NCBI GenBank assembly: GCA_012295275.1 | Contig: CM022666.1 | Span: forward strand, 12,772,001-12,836,000 | Origin: Chrysomallon squamiferum | Taxonomy: Eukaryota > Animalia > Mollusca | DNA: 64,000 bases | Direction of reading: 5' to 3' | Shown: positions 30,901 to 47,159 of the stretch, piece after piece | Layout: every line of letters begins with the position of its first letter | Position numbering within the stretch: position 1 is the first letter of the stretch | Notes under the pieces: model-generated | What the model was told of the DNA's origin: nothing | Databases searched by the model: none | What the model saw: only the letters and a program-made list of their open reading frames with translations | Translations under genes and position numbers: made by a program

Positions 30901-31605
30901 GACTAGTCAGTCTGAGTCTAAAAACTGTAATTTAATTCTGCTGTTAACACACACGCACCCACGAACACACACACAAATACACACAGTTAATATCTGGAAA
31001 AAGCCGTATGAAAATGCTTCATGACTCTTCAATATTATTATGACTATTATAACTATTACTGTTACTAACATCATCATAATAACCATTATTATTTTTTTGT
31101 TATTATTATTATTGTTATTAATGAAATCTGAGAGAGGAAATTCGACTGCGTTACTGTAAAACAAAAGCGGCGTATGGAGTGATGGAGTAGTGTCTTGATC
31201 GGGAAAAACAGTAATTCGTGCACACAATAACCAGCAGTTCAAATTGTCGCCGCTACACTGCAATGCTACCTGGCCTTGACCGCGAATTGTAAACCTAAAA
31301 AAAAGAACAAGAAATATGTCATATAAAAAACAAACTTCGTGTCCAGTACTATTTTCAAGTCACGACGTCTTTTAAGACAATCTGATCTACAAACAATTAG
31401 GACAACGGGTCAGTAGTTTTCAACAAAGCTTGTTGGTAAATTCTCCTCGGTGTGTTTGGAAAATATGTGTACATGTGAAGAAAAATACATTTTGGTTTTT
31501 TTTTTCATAACTGAGGGAAGCCTCATAGACAGTTTACGTTAATTTATTTTTTTTTTTTTTTATTTTTTTATATTTTTTATTTTTTTTTTTATATTAACAT
31601 TACCG

Positions 31606-31636
<31 letters not shown>

Positions 31637-32252
31637 CGTTGTTGTTATTGTCGTCGTCGTATTTTTTTTTAAAATTATTTGTTGTTTTTGCGTTATTTTA
31701 GTTTGTTTATTATTTTATTTTATTTTATTATTTTTTTAAAATTTTATTCATGCATTTGGAATGTGTTCTGCTGATGTTTTGTTATTAAAGTGGATCATAC
31801 CTTAAAACAGAATGATCAAGCATAAAGAACCTAGGTAAGTAGTTTCACAATTAAACAATTTACACGTGTTACAGACACTATATACACAAAATAAATAATG
31901 TGTACTTGTGAGTTTGTATCTCCGTGTGCGTACATTTATGTGAATATGTATTAATAACACTAATAACAACAGCAACAACAACAACAATCGACTTTCGGGC
32001 AGCATGCATGTGTTTGTGTTACGTTTATATTTATAGCAGTGCGTGTGCGTATGCGCATGTATGTGTGATTGCCTAGGACAGTAATACACTGAAACATCAA
32101 ATTAAATTTGTGACAAATACAACTTTGTTTTAATTAATAATCTCACAACATATTCAGGAATGTTTGTTTGGCAGTCTGTACTTTCATAGCTTTTGTCTGA
32201 TAAAGGTAATTCTTTATTTCAAAATGACAATTTTATAATGTCATTTAATTGT

Positions 32253-32292
<40 letters not shown>

Positions 32293-32691
32293 TGGCTTTT
32301 TTTAGTTTTATTTTCAGTTTTTAAATCTGTGAATATTTTAGCTATATTACGCGAATATGTATCTACTCAAGTGTCTACATCCACGGATATTACAAGTGTA
32401 GACATCCACGGATATTACAAGTGTGAAAAAAAAACGTTCGGTTTTAAGTATCCATTTCTGTTTGCATTGGTAACAAACGGCCGTAACCATGAGAGGAAAT
32501 TACAACAACTACAACAGCTGTTATCATTATTATTATTACAACTACCAGTACTATTACTTCTACTGCCATTATTTCTATTATTATTATTGTTACTACTATT
32601 GCAGCTACTATCGTTTATTGTTGCGTTATCTGAGTAATATAAAATTACTACTACTACAGTTACTACTACTACTAGTAAAATTTTTATTATT

Positions 32692-32757
<66 letters not shown>

Positions 32758-33069
32758 TACAAATACCCTGCTAAAGTTACTTTTGCATGCAGATGGGTGT
32801 CAACAGATGTCATGACTCCGTGAACTGTCGAATTGTGACGTCACACGTCTAGTCATTTTAAGCGTTCACAAGCACGAGAAAAGTAATTAACGTGACTGAA
32901 TGGAATATATCGCGTATAGCACAGCCTTTCTAAAACAGGTGGGTACATTTATTTCTGAAAACAACATTCATTCATTCACTTATTCATTTGTTTTCAAATT
33001 TAACAAAAAATAACAATATGTGTTTTTGTGTGTGTGTGTGAGGTATTTTCCCTGCTATTCATTAGTTCT

Positions 33070-33147
<78 letters not shown>

Positions 33148-33607
33148 TTTTTTTTTTTTTTTTTATTTATTTTTTTTGCTGGATTGCTCGTTTATAATTA
33201 GTTTTTGTCGTTAATATCGTTTGTTTATTTACATTCTGTTTTTTTAAATTTTTACTTATTCATTGTTACTGTTTCTTTATATCTATCTGATATTTAATTA
33301 TTGTTCTAAATATTGTTGTATTTTATTTATCTATCTTTACTGGCCGTGTTGTTATTTATTGTCAATATTATTATTGGTGTTATTATTGTCTGTCTGTATG
33401 TACAGGTAGTCAGTCATTCATTTAGAATAACTGAAATATATTTTAAATGTATGTGTTTATTTAATATGTAGTCTGTTTCGACCCTTTTTGTAAAAGTAAC
33501 AGTCCGTATATAAATACATTTTTATAGATAGATAGATATAGACATACATACATACATACATACATACATACATACATACATACATACACACACACACATA
33601 TACACAC

Positions 33608-33663
<56 letters not shown>

Positions 33664-34260
33664 AAAAAAATGGTTTCTTTCAACAATTTTACATTCAGTT
33701 CACACACAGACATGTAAACAACATAAATAATTAAACAGACATAATCCACTACCCACCTGGACGCACACACAACCCACAGACACCGAATACTTTTTATCTT
33801 CTGTAACAAATAAATAATGCAGAAGGAAAGGGTCACGGGAGGTAATCCAACTGATGTATCACGTTCATGACAAATAGGCTGTGTAACAATTATCGTTAGA
33901 TCAGTAAAATAGAATTGCCTCCCTTGCATCCTTCGAGATAGAGAAATGTGTCACGTTTCATTTCCACTTGAATGTACAAAAATTAATAAGAATATCTGAA
34001 TGTTTATTGTTAATTATGGGTTTTGTTTTTATGGGGGGAAGGAATCTCCTGCATTTATGTTGCTATTAGGAATAAACGTAACAGTTTTCAGTGGGTCCAG
34101 GCTAAAACGGGAAATAATATAATAAGTCCTGTACTAACCTAATGTTGGTATTAATATGCTTAGTAATATGTGAAAGTCATGTTTGAACACATACACATAT
34201 AGACACCCAGAGAAATGCATGTACCAATACATACACAGACATACAAAACATCAAGATGAC

Positions 34261-34314
<54 letters not shown>

Positions 34315-36159
34315 ATGTTTAACTGTTTTAGTATAAACTACAGTCATGTCAGTCTACATGTGGTACATCGTAGGACCACCACAAATTACAATAGATTCTT
34401 TTTGTTGTTGTTGTTGTTTCTTTTTTCTTTTTTTTTTTTTTTCTTGATTAATGATACTGAACATCAAGATAATATTCATATCACGTATAGGTAATTTAAT
34501 CAAATTGAAACGGCTATCAGTTACAGAAAATATTCTGTCATTTGTCATTCTAATAAATACAGGTCGACCATCACTGATCCGAACGAAACTCCTCTTTCGT
34601 GGCTTAAATGTTTAACATCGGTTGCAGAAGTCTGCTTTCAGTGGTAGCATTCGTGGCTTCAATGTTTAACATCGGTTACTACTTTCAGTAGTAGCAGCAA
34701 AAGATTTAATTTGTTTTATCATTTAAAGAACGTCAGTGCACGAATATCGGTCACTATGTTACAGTGTGTGTCGTAAATTCATTCACTTTTTTCAGTTTAC
34801 CGGTCGTTACTCTGTCCCAGTTTCGTACAACGGTGGCAGAGGTCACTACGTTTTAAAGTGTCAGATGCTGCCTGTCTTCATATTTTAAATTCTAAAGGTT
34901 CACGCGAAGCGGATGACGTGGGTGAAATACTCGCCTTGTTGTACTAAACCACGCCTTACTCTTAACCCACGGCAAAGTCCAAGTCGTCTTCTTTTTTTTT
35001 TTTTTAATGAATGAATTCATTTTTTTTTTATTATTATTATCTTTATTTATTTATTCGTTTGTTATTTTGTTTGTTTAAATAAATATATATTTTTTTTAAA
35101 TATATCACTGGGAAGTTCAAAGTATCAAATTTTTACATTTTGCCTCCATTTTGTCCAACGATCAAGTGAACACATTCTGCGATCGGACAGCGGACTTCGG
35201 TAATTTCCGTCAAATTATATTTTTTAATAAGTCATGTTGACAGCTAAGTGTCTGAATAGCTACCCAAATCCACTGTTTTACTGTTGACATTAAACACTTC
35301 TTCTGAACTTGTATACAAATTAATTAATGGAGATGGACATGATAAATGACTGTACGGAATTACGTGTTCAGTAAAGGTTACAACAGTAATCGTAAAAAAA
35401 AAAAAAAAAAAAAAAAACTTTGGCTAAATAACTTTATCACTTACGAGTCTGTATGCAATATTTCGTTAAAGGCTCTGTTTTATTAGAAACAGAAGATCGA
35501 TGTCTACATGTAGATGCTTAACTTTATGTTTGTGAAGTGACTTGGTTATGTCGTGTTGTCTGATTTTTATCTTTACAAAACCTCACTTCGCTCTAATGTG
35601 TCTGGTAGGAAAAGTGACTTCTCTCTATTTTTGTATCCTAGGAGATTCCTGCAGAAGTAAATCTTTTTGTTTACACAGTGGATTTGATGAAAATTCTGCT
35701 GTTAGTTTTGCTTTAGAAAGTTCGATACATTGCTGTTTTTAAGGTCGCTCTGCCTTTAGTTCGAATTCAATAAGACAATGCATAATGTGCGCCATATGCA
35801 GACTTCTGCTTTTGACACTGAATGTAAGTGATCGAATTCGCTTAGGTATCAACACACTAATAATAATCTTGTTCATTTAGCTGTATGTAGTAATTACAGA
35901 AAGTATCGCATCATTGTTTATCAAAGAAGTGCAATCTTTTCATCTCACGCGGTAGATTAATTAAGTCCAAATTGCCGTCATTGTTTAAGCAACATTGTGT
36001 GTCGATGTTGACAAAATTAATTACTACACAACTTGTTCTTTTGTTCCGGATTAGAGAGGGTTTTGTTTGTAATAGTTTAACGATAGCTGGACAGGACTTT
36101 AAAATGGCGCGGTTGACACAGAAATCCGGAGTAGTCAGAGGGCTGTTATGTCAGAGTTC

Positions 36160-36222
<63 letters not shown>

Positions 36223-37679
36223 GAATCTGATTTGATTCGATTTTAAATTTATTAACATAAACATGTATCGGATTTTGTTGACATTGTGCCCAGCCATTGT
36301 TCTCTTATGCTATAAATAGCCTATAATACAAAAATTGTCATGTGTTGAAAACAGGTAACAGCACTAAAAAACCCATTAATGTTGACAAATAATATTATTC
36401 AGTTATGACTGTGACTATCCCTTCATCGATATTCATGTGCTAATACATGCACTGGTTTAATTTTTTTTTTTTTTTTATTATTATTATTATTATTTTTATT
36501 TTTATTTTTTTTGGTCTCATTTTTCTTAAGTTAATGTATTTCTATGTTCGGGCTTAAAAGCGGATGCGTTTTCATTCCAGCAAGGATTTTATAGTCAGAA
36601 TTGAAGAAAAAGTCACGTAATGTCTTTCTGTTGGAAGGCTGTCGAGAGCTTATTTGATTCTAAAATGAATATTTGTGGATTTTTTATTGAGTTTTTTATA
36701 TATATATATATATATATATTTTTTTATCATCATCATCATCATATTATTATTAATGGTAGTATTACTACAACTACTATTACCACTTCTATTGTTGTTATTA
36801 TTATTACTACTTGTAATATTAACTCTACTGCTAGAATGGATATCTGCTATTAAAACTTCTATTACTGTTTAATGCTACTGCTACTATTACTTCTACTATA
36901 GGTGTTACTAGAACTGTTGCTAAAGCTACTTCACTGTGACTGACGTTACATTCAGAGACGTTGTAGCTCATTCCTTCTGTCCCGATTGCTAGAGTCAAAA
37001 TAAGGAACAAGGCTGGGTAACAGACTTGTCTGATGAAAAGAGCACAGGTATGTACACTGCTCGATAGGTAATAAGAAAATAAGCATACGGATGATATATC
37101 AAAAGGACATGTGTGAAAACCAATCAACTTCATTTCAAAATTGTCTGAAATCTATAAATTGTACAAGTAAATGTTTGCTACTGGAGTGAAGGTGAAAGGC
37201 TATAGAAGACTATTTATATTAATTCAGCTTGAAAATAATGTATACGAAATAATATTGTTACATAATTGTGCGTGACGGATGATGTTACATTATATTCCGC
37301 TAACATAACATGACGTTCTCTCCCCGTATTAAGCAGTGCCTGGTTCACTACTGTGATGATAAGATCATTTTAATGCACGATTAAGATGATGACATGGTTT
37401 TATATCAAAAGCATGATTAATCACAGTGAGGGATCTCTTCATTAGATTTTATCATTCGTCAGAATGAAGGGGACACTGAATGGCGAGTTAGTGGAACTGA
37501 GCAATTCCTCTGATAGTTCTGGCATCAGCAAACAGCTCTTTCTATTTGAGCATCTAATTTTGTTTTTCTATATCGGAGGTATTTATTTCAAATACACTGG
37601 CCTGTGGCTTATCACTAGCCACCTCAACAAAGGAGGATGAATACTTCACCATTAATGTTTTTTTTTTTTATTTCACTGT

Positions 37680-37910
37680 ATTCCAGATATAAAATTTTAC
37701 AGCGCCATCTATACCATCAGCGGGCCCTTTGCCACGAGGAGTGATAAAGAAATTCCAGTGAATATGTTTCCAATGTGCTATGAAGCAGATTTTGAATTGT
37801 GACATCAGACCAAATCAATACAGTTTTGATTCAGTTTTGCGATCATTTCCAAGAGTTGTCACGGTATGCTGTGATTGTGTTTTCGATGATTATCTTATCT
37901 ATCACAGCTG
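37680..37910 (-). mobile_element. Sola2-like DDE transposase remnant
   Basis: Minus strand LIWSD / SQFKICFIA..IHWNFFITPRGKGPADGIDGAVKFYIW matches the WSDG..SQFKN...WNFFATSHGKGPVDGIGG.VK signature. Confidence 0.6.
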
Positions 37911-39344
37911 AAATGTTGCCTGATGAAATTGGAGTGATTTTTTAATCATTTTTTTTTTTTTTTTTTGAACTGAGGAATTGTGGGTAAAAATATCATTGTG
38001 TGCACCTAACAACAGTCGTATTTGGTGAAAGCTCATTTGGTTAAAAAAAGGCTGCAGTCGTAAAAAGCTTTCTCGATTTATGTCAATGTGATGGATGTTT
38101 CTGCGTTTACTTTTCTCGCGACGGATGTTACAGTTTTCTTTCCTCTCTCTCAAATACAGATAACATAACTTGAAGACTGAGTGATATATTTTTTAACTTT
38201 GTGTTGTCTAGTACTAAGATAGTTAGAAAGAACATCATTATATAACGTTAGATTTTCTTCTCACATAAACAATTTAGACTTTTTTATTTTCGTGACGGAC
38301 GTTGCACTGATTTGGCACATTGTTTCAAATCCAGTATTTAATTAGCTATTTCCACAAAATATTTTAACCTGATGCTATGTTCATCATAAACCGAGTGAAA
38401 TGAAGTGGCAAACCATTTTAGTGTCCATGATTCGATATGCTTAATATTCCTATGTCTGGGTATTCTGTGGTACTGAAATTACATAACGCATCATTATGTC
38501 TCACAAGCCAAAAATAAGAATTTTCATTATTTTCTGCAAGTTGGAAGTTTTGTCAATACATTTTCTCCCTTTGCATGATGAAATATTAATTAATTTGTTC
38601 ACCTTTTGTCCCTTGAGCCAGGGAATTGCTATACTATACTATTATTCTCTTACTAGTCTACTAGTAGTTCTACTGATGCTCGTACTACAGCTATTGCAGG
38701 CTATTAATGCTGTTGTTGCTGCTGCTATTATACTACTATTACTATTCTCCACTACTATTACTACTACTGCTGCTATTATACTATTATTACTATTCTCCTC
38801 TACTACAACTACTACAACTATTGCTACTATTGTCATTAAATGGTTGCCCTGCTCTGGTGTACGGATTTTTCTATCACCCGAGACTTGTCTTTTGTCACAA
38901 AATTCCTTTAAGAAGTTTTTTTCAGTTTTATATCTATCTCACATGATAACGTATCTGATTTTTAAAGCATTTATTTCAGTTATCTACGTGAAATGGAATT
39001 AAGTGCTTTGCTTTCTTATCAGTACTTCTAAATAGTTATAAAGGTTACTGTGAGCAAACCAGATTTTATTTCAAAATGTATCACTATTTAAATGTTGCAA
39101 AATATTTCTTTGTCAAACATTGCTGAAATTAGTCAGTGGGCAGATCACGTACTACAAACCAAACTCACTATTTTACTTTCCTCATAATGTTTTGCTAACA
39201 CAATCACAACACACACGCACACATAATAAATATACCCACTCACCACGCATCCACACAAACACACACACACACACACACGTATTAGAAAATTTACATATTT
39301 GTTTGTGTCAATGTTAAACCTCCTTGGTGTTCTCACTGGTTTGC

Positions 39345-39399
<55 letters not shown>

Positions 39400-39429
39400 C
39401 CTCCTCTGGTCTCTCTCTCTCTGGTTTCT

Positions 39430-39563
<134 letters not shown>

Positions 39564-40072
39564 CCTCTCTTCTGTTGTGTCTCTGACTCTGATCTGTTTT
39601 AATTTCCATTTTTATAATCGATAAACTGTCGATATTAAAACATTAACTTAATGCCATTCTGCATGTCGGAGTGTAATCAAGCCTGTGTGTTTAAACACAC
39701 CTAGTTTACGACAGCCAAATCATTTACAATCTCTGCTGTCTCTCATATGCCAGCCGACTCGCATTTAAAAAAAAAAAAAAAAAAAAAAAAAATTGTTATG
39801 GCAACGTGACGTCACATGTAAGGGTAGAAAGAGTCTTCCTAACGTGACTTTCATTTCAAAGTGGACACTCAAAGCGAATTCTTTGAGATTAAAATAAGGT
39901 AAGTCTGAGATTTTTTTTTATTTTGATTTGATTAAATATGATATTTCTGTGTTTGTTCAGAAAAAGATGGAAAGAAGATTGTAATCATGGTTTACTAGAT
40001 CAGGTTCTAAATAAATGAATACTCAGAATGTAAATGATAAGAAAACAACTAAAAAAAGCCAACCCATATATA

Positions 40073-40108
<36 letters not shown>

Positions 40109-40194
40109 TGTATGTATGTATGTATGTATGTATGTATGTATGCATGTGCATGATTGTGTGTATATATGTGGGTATGTGTATAAGTACTGGTATG

Positions 40195-40227
<33 letters not shown>

Positions 40228-40624
40228 TTGTGTGCGTGTGTGTTTGTGTGTATATGTATATATGTATATACAAACACACACACACATATATATGTTTGTT
40301 TGTCTGCATATATATATTTTATTAGAATTCACCAAGTGCAAATATTTTGTAATCCAGTGATTTTTTTTCTACTTGTATTTTGTTACATTTTATAATCCAG
40401 CAATTGTCCTTTTGCTTGTATTTTCCGTGGCGTTGAAAAAAAATATATTATTTTCTTTTCTCAACTCATACATAATGTTATTTTTAGCTAACATGAATTT
40501 GAATTGAATAAAAGTAAAAAATAAAAAAGAAGAAGAAGGAAAAAAGCGAAAGAGAATAATAACACAGAGCAGATTTCTTTAATACGTAATTCTTTTTGGG
40601 GTTTTTCTTATTATCATCATCATC

Positions 40625-40696
<72 letters not shown>

Positions 40697-41624
40697 GTTA
40701 TTGTTATTATTGTTATTGTTATTATTGTTGTTGTTATTGTTATTGTTGTTGCTGATGTTGATATTGATGCTGCTGTTGGTGTTATCACTGTTGATTACAT
40801 TTCAGTCTAAATTTGGATTTAATCACATAACTGATTCCTTTCAGTGTCACGTATCGCCCGTTCTAGCCAGTGCTCCACCACTGGTTTATCAATGCCTCCA
40901 AACTGCGGTTTCATGTCTGTAAGAAAAGATCCTTTGCTTTTCATACATTCATAATTTAGGGTCTCACCCCACCTTTTAAATCTTTATTTGCTGACACTTA
41001 AACTATTTCTAGATCACATTAGAAGTTATAAATACTAAATAGCCTCCTTATGGTAACAATGCATCGTTTAGATGTCAAATATAAATGTCAAAAACCCTTC
41101 AAATCAATATCACGTGACGAAGTCATATTCTAATTTTAGAAATGCGAAAAGGTCTTAGAATGATACAAATTTATTTCAGGTCGTTTGCTCGCGCCAACAA
41201 GAATACAGATAGCACTGAACAGCTATTTACTTCACACGATCATTATTTAATTTTACAACGTATGAATCAGTTCAAGATTACGGTCATTAAAATCTTAAGG
41301 TGAAAAGGCGAATCGTGTTTGACACAAATCTTTCAACTAGTAACAAACACAGACACATGTGCACCTGTCTGTCTATCTACTTGTCCATATGTCTGTCTGT
41401 CTGTCTTTAATATCTGCTATCTGTTTATTTAATTATTTATCTATAATGTCGCATAGTAAAATAAAGTAAAATAAAATATAATAATGTAATATAATATAAT
41501 ATAATATACACACAAATACACACACACACACATACACATACCCCGAAAATGCAGAAAATGCATATATATATTCACATATGCAATCATCCATCCATCCATT
41601 CGTACGAACATACGTACATACATA

Positions 41625-41659
<35 letters not shown>

Positions 41660-41745
41660 AAAGATGGACCGATCGACCTAATTGCATCAGAAAAACACAC
41701 AACAGTGAAGGAGACTGCGGTAGATAGAACAGTGTCATCATGACA

Positions 41746-41746
41746 T

Positions 41747-41780
<34 letters not shown>

Positions 41781-41832
41781 TGTATGTGTATGTGTGTGTG
41801 TGTCTGTGTGTTTGTGTTTTTGTGTATGTGTA

Positions 41833-41878
<46 letters not shown>

Positions 41879-41882
41879 TGTA

Positions 41883-41914
<32 letters not shown>

Positions 41915-42420
41915 TATGTTTGTGTGTTTGTGTGTGTGTCTGTGTGTGTATGTGTGTCTTTGTGTGTGTGTCTGTGTCTGTTTGTGTTTTTGTGTGTGTG
42001 AATGTGTGTGTGACTGTGTATGTGTGTATATGTGCGTATGTGTGTATGTGTGTGTGTCTGTGTGTTTGTGTTTTTGTGTGTGAATGTGTGTGTGTGTCTG
42101 TGTGTGTATGTGTGTCTTTGTGTGTGTGTATGTGTGTGTGTTTGTGTTTGTGTGTGTCTGTGTGTGTGTGTGTATGTGTGTTTGTGTATGTGTGTATGTG
42201 TGTGTGTGTTTGTGTTTTTGTGTGTGTGTCTGTGTGTGTGTGTGTGTATGTGTGTGTGTGTGTGTGTGTATGTGTGTGTATGTGTGTGTGTCTGTGTGTT
42301 TGTGTTTGTGTGTGTGTGTCTGTGTGTATGTGTGTCTTTGTGTGTGTGTGTGTGTGTGTGTGTTTGTGTTTGTGTGTATGTGTTTGTGTGTGTGTGTGTG
42401 TGTTGTATGTGTATGTGTTT
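41746..42420. repeat. Compound (TG)n-derived microsatellite
   Basis: About 670 bp of TG repeats interrupted by TA/TT/TC variants. Confidence 0.97.
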
Positions 42421-42664
42421 CACACAGTCAGAGAAATCCTGGATTGATCTAAAATTGTCTGTCCCATTGTTCTCTTATTTTTATTGTGCGACATTATTTC
42501 AGTAAATACTCACAGTTCCGTCTCTAGTGCGAAACAGTTGTGAGGTCGTAACTTGTAAATGTTACTCGTTCGTAACCTTTGGATTAAAAGCATTTTACAA
42601 CACGGATTTCAAACGGTAACCTACTGTACTGTTTGTCTCTGCTTACCTGTATTTGTATGTGTGT

Positions 42665-42740
<76 letters not shown>

Positions 42741-43179
42741 AGAGAGAGTGATAATGTGTGTGAATGGTGTATATATGTATGTTTGCGTGTTTTATATGAA
42801 CACACACACGCACATATTCAAAGACATTATATAACGAATTTGAATATCTGATAATCAACAAGAAAACTCGAATGCTTTATTATTAGTGTGTGTTAATATA
42901 CTAATTATATAAAATATTAGCTATTAACCATTTACTAACCGAACCTAGTGAATAAATAGTTTTATTTTATTAAAATTATTATTCAGCTGTTTACTGTGTG
43001 ATCTCAGGTATCTGCTTACTGCACACGTCTTTGTAGGTTAAAATTACGTTTGTATATTTGTAAATTGTTAATTATGTAACATAATGTGATAACCTTATAA
43101 ATACTGATTTTCCTTTGTTTGGCGACGTCATTTAATATATCAAAATTCATATATTCCATCCATCCATGCATACAAACAT

Positions 43180-43270
<91 letters not shown>

Positions 43271-43754
43271 TACATATATATATATATACACACACACACA
43301 TACATACATATATAGTGTATATTGCGTATATACTTTACGTTTAGTTTCAGCATGTATTTGTTAGTGCTGTTTGATTTTAAAATAGTAAATTTATAATAAA
43401 AACAGACTGAAGGATCAGTGGAGTCACGCAGGGTCAATTGTAGTCAACAAACATTGAGATTCTGTTTTGACGTTTCCCAGCACCACACAGAAAGCACAAA
43501 AACACGCCGTGACTGACGTTACAATGAACAAGCAGACCAATTACTAATTAATGGGTTTATATTTGTGTACACAGCGCGCGCGCACGCACACCCACACACA
43601 CACACACACATACTTTTTCGAGTAAAGGAAAATGTTTCCGAATGTATATGTATGTTTATATGTCTGTATAAGTATATATGTACATGTATTTATATGTGTG
43701 AGTGTGTGCGCGGCTGTATGTGTGTGTTTGTGTGTGTGTGTGTGTGTGTGTCTG

Positions 43755-43819
<65 letters not shown>

Positions 43820-44274
43820 TCACTCACACAAAAGACGCAAACACGAATTTCCATCAATACTTATTTCAAATCATTCATTATCGTGGTTTCAAACTCGGTT
43901 TATCTGCCAGAGTAAAACTAAATTACATGTTAGATTTGAAAAACACCGAGCTACAATCCAGTAGTAACGAACTCTTCAATTATTTATTGACTGTATCCAT
44001 GGCAACCATTAGTTACAAAAACCTGGCTGCATTCACATTCTGGTTTTAAATGTACGTGTATGTATTGAGGGTTACAATGGTAATAATAATGATAATAAAT
44101 GATGATTAGGATGATATGATAAAAATTATGATTTATGATGATAACAATAATGCAAAATTATTATCATTATGATTAGGATGATGATAATGGTGATGATAAA
44201 GATGACGAAAATTACAATAATAACAGTGATACAATTAACATGGTAATAACAATGATAATTAATTATGAGTTAAA

Positions 44275-44307
<33 letters not shown>

Positions 44308-45484
44308 ATAAGGTTAGGAAGAAGACTAGAATGGTTTAAATTGGTTTGGATATTTGATATAAAAAAAAATCAAAAGAAAATCAATAAAAATTAAAATAAA
44401 AAAAAAACCTTCATGTTATGAACTCTAAATAGTAATGAAAACATAATTATAACAAATAAATAAATATATCTTGATAGATACTCGACAGATTATCTCTGAT
44501 AAACATTGTCATTATAACTGAGATTAAACATTCAAATCTTGTCGTATCACCAACCCAGTTTGGTGATGAAAACAAAACAAAAATGAAAATTGCGTAATGT
44601 AATAATATTGCCTTGTTTTGAAGGTTTCAGCTCTTTGAGTCATTATTTATTTACGAAATAATCCATGAATATAGAGAAGAAAAATAAAATAAAATAAACT
44701 AAATAAATAAACAAATTAAAAAAAGATAAACAAACAGAAATTAATAATAATAATAAATAATTAAGAACAAAATAACAAAATAAAATAAAATAAAAACAAA
44801 CAAACAAAAAACAACAACAACCAACCAACCAAAAAAAAAACAAACAAAAAAAAACGATGACAAACAAAACAATAAAACACAAAATTAAACAAACATCCCT
44901 CAAAAAACAAACAAACAACAAACAAACAAACAAACAAACATTCGGATACATTCCATAGATTTCGAATAACAATTCTATCCAGCTTCCATCAAAAAAAAAG
45001 AAAAAAACTAATTTAAAAAGAACATAAAACAGAAAATATTAGCGCGGCTACAGCACTAAAACGTAGAAAATGTTATTTACTTTTGTGAAAATCAAAGTCT
45101 GTAGGAAGAATTAATTACAGATACCTGCCTGTTTTATGGCGTATGAAATCCATATCAGGAAAATGATTTTTTTTTTTTTTTTTTTTTTATCATACTCAGC
45201 CTGTTTTTACGAAAGGTTTTGATTTTTATATGGTCTATTCATTTTCAAAAAGAATAAAATTAATTTAAATAAAATAAAAAAAAATTTAAAAAAAAAAAAA
45301 AAATGAATTAATGTATATGGATTAACGTCATTTATGTTCAGGTTAATTTTATTTCTTTTTTTTCTTTTTTTTTTTTTTTTTTTTTTGAAACTCGATTAAC
45401 AACAAAGATAAAAACCCGACTGACAGAGGTGGAGAATGCGAATGTTATATTGATTTATAAAAAGTTATATTGATTTTATTAAAC

Positions 45485-45583
<99 letters not shown>

Positions 45584-46179
45584 TGTTAACATACAATGGT
45601 TAGGTTACTCTTTTCTCTTTTCTTTTCTTCTTTCATTTCCGGTGATGTATATTTTTATTTCTCCTTTCGTTCGTTAAATAATCGTCTTTCTCTTCCTTTC
45701 GAACGAGAAAAACGGAAAGAAAAACCAGTCTGAAAAAGAAAATGTGAAAGCTCACAAAAATCCATGAATAATAATGTTTTAAATACAGCAGAATATTTAC
45801 ATAACATGACGAATCGTATCGAATACCAATACGTGATTAATATTTAAACATCTCAAGAGATCGTTTTTAACTAACTAATCACAGATCTATACGGAGAGGT
45901 CAGAGGTCGTGTACATGGCAGGCTTACATGAACATTTGTTTGCCGGGTAGCATGCTAAAAGCAAGTCACGTACAGCGTCCATTTGTATTGTGACGTCACC
46001 TGATCACGTTAATTTGGATTTGCAATAAATTTCATTCTAGACGCGAAGGTCACCAAATAATGTGCCAGTAAGATATATTTTATTCTTGTTTGTCTGTGGC
46101 ACTCCGCACTGTATTTGTGTCCTTTTTTTGTGTACACGCTATTGAGTAATACGAGAATAAATGTATCTTGAGAAACTGA

Positions 46180-46214
<35 letters not shown>

Positions 46215-47159
46215 CAAATAAAAAAAAATATTATGCCCTTTTCTTTTTTTCTTACAGTAATATAATATAAACGCAGATGCATATGCGTTCATACATATAT
46301 CCATATAAACATACAAACGTACATATATACATACGTACATACATCTATACATACATGCATACATACATACATGCATGCATACATACATACGTACATACAT
46401 ACATACATATATATACATACGTACGTACATACATATCTACTTCAGTATGCAAACCCTAGACTTCAACTTTTTCTCCCCGAAAGCTAATATGTGAGCTACA
46501 TAAGGAGTCTACCCCATTTTCGACTCGATGAATTCATTAATTCTCATCAGCAAATTAAATTCTTTTAACCAGATAACCACACCACAACGCAACCATTTGC
46601 AAAATAGGCCACCACTGAGCGGAAACCCCATTGAAAATAATATTTACTATTCAACCCTTCACCTAAGTATTTTACTTATAAAAATTCATCTCATTTCAAC
46701 TGGAAACAGAATCTAGCGATAGCGCTCCCCATTTCTTTTCTTTTTTTTTTTTTTTTTTTTTTTTTTTTGATCTTCGAGACCCGATCCTGAACAAAACCAT
46801 TGGGAGGTGATGTGTCTGTGAGATGTTACTGTAGAGAAAATCAGCTTGAGAGAGAGAGAGAGAAAGAGACGAAGCAAACATTATTTGATTAAAGACTTGA
46901 GAAGAAACGTTTATCAAACGAAACGCAAAAAACAACAACAAAACAAACAACAACAAACAAAAAAATCCTGTTGTGACGTAAGCACATGAACTGTTTTCAG
47001 TTCTCAGGTTCGTACGATCTGTAAATGAAATTTCGCTTCTGGGAATTTTTTCCCCCACGACTGTTTTGCGTTAAACGTAATGTTATTAAGTGGTCGTCGT
47101 TTCGGTTACTGACCTATTGGACGTTTTAACGATCTCAGACTGTCTGGAAATCCGACTGG

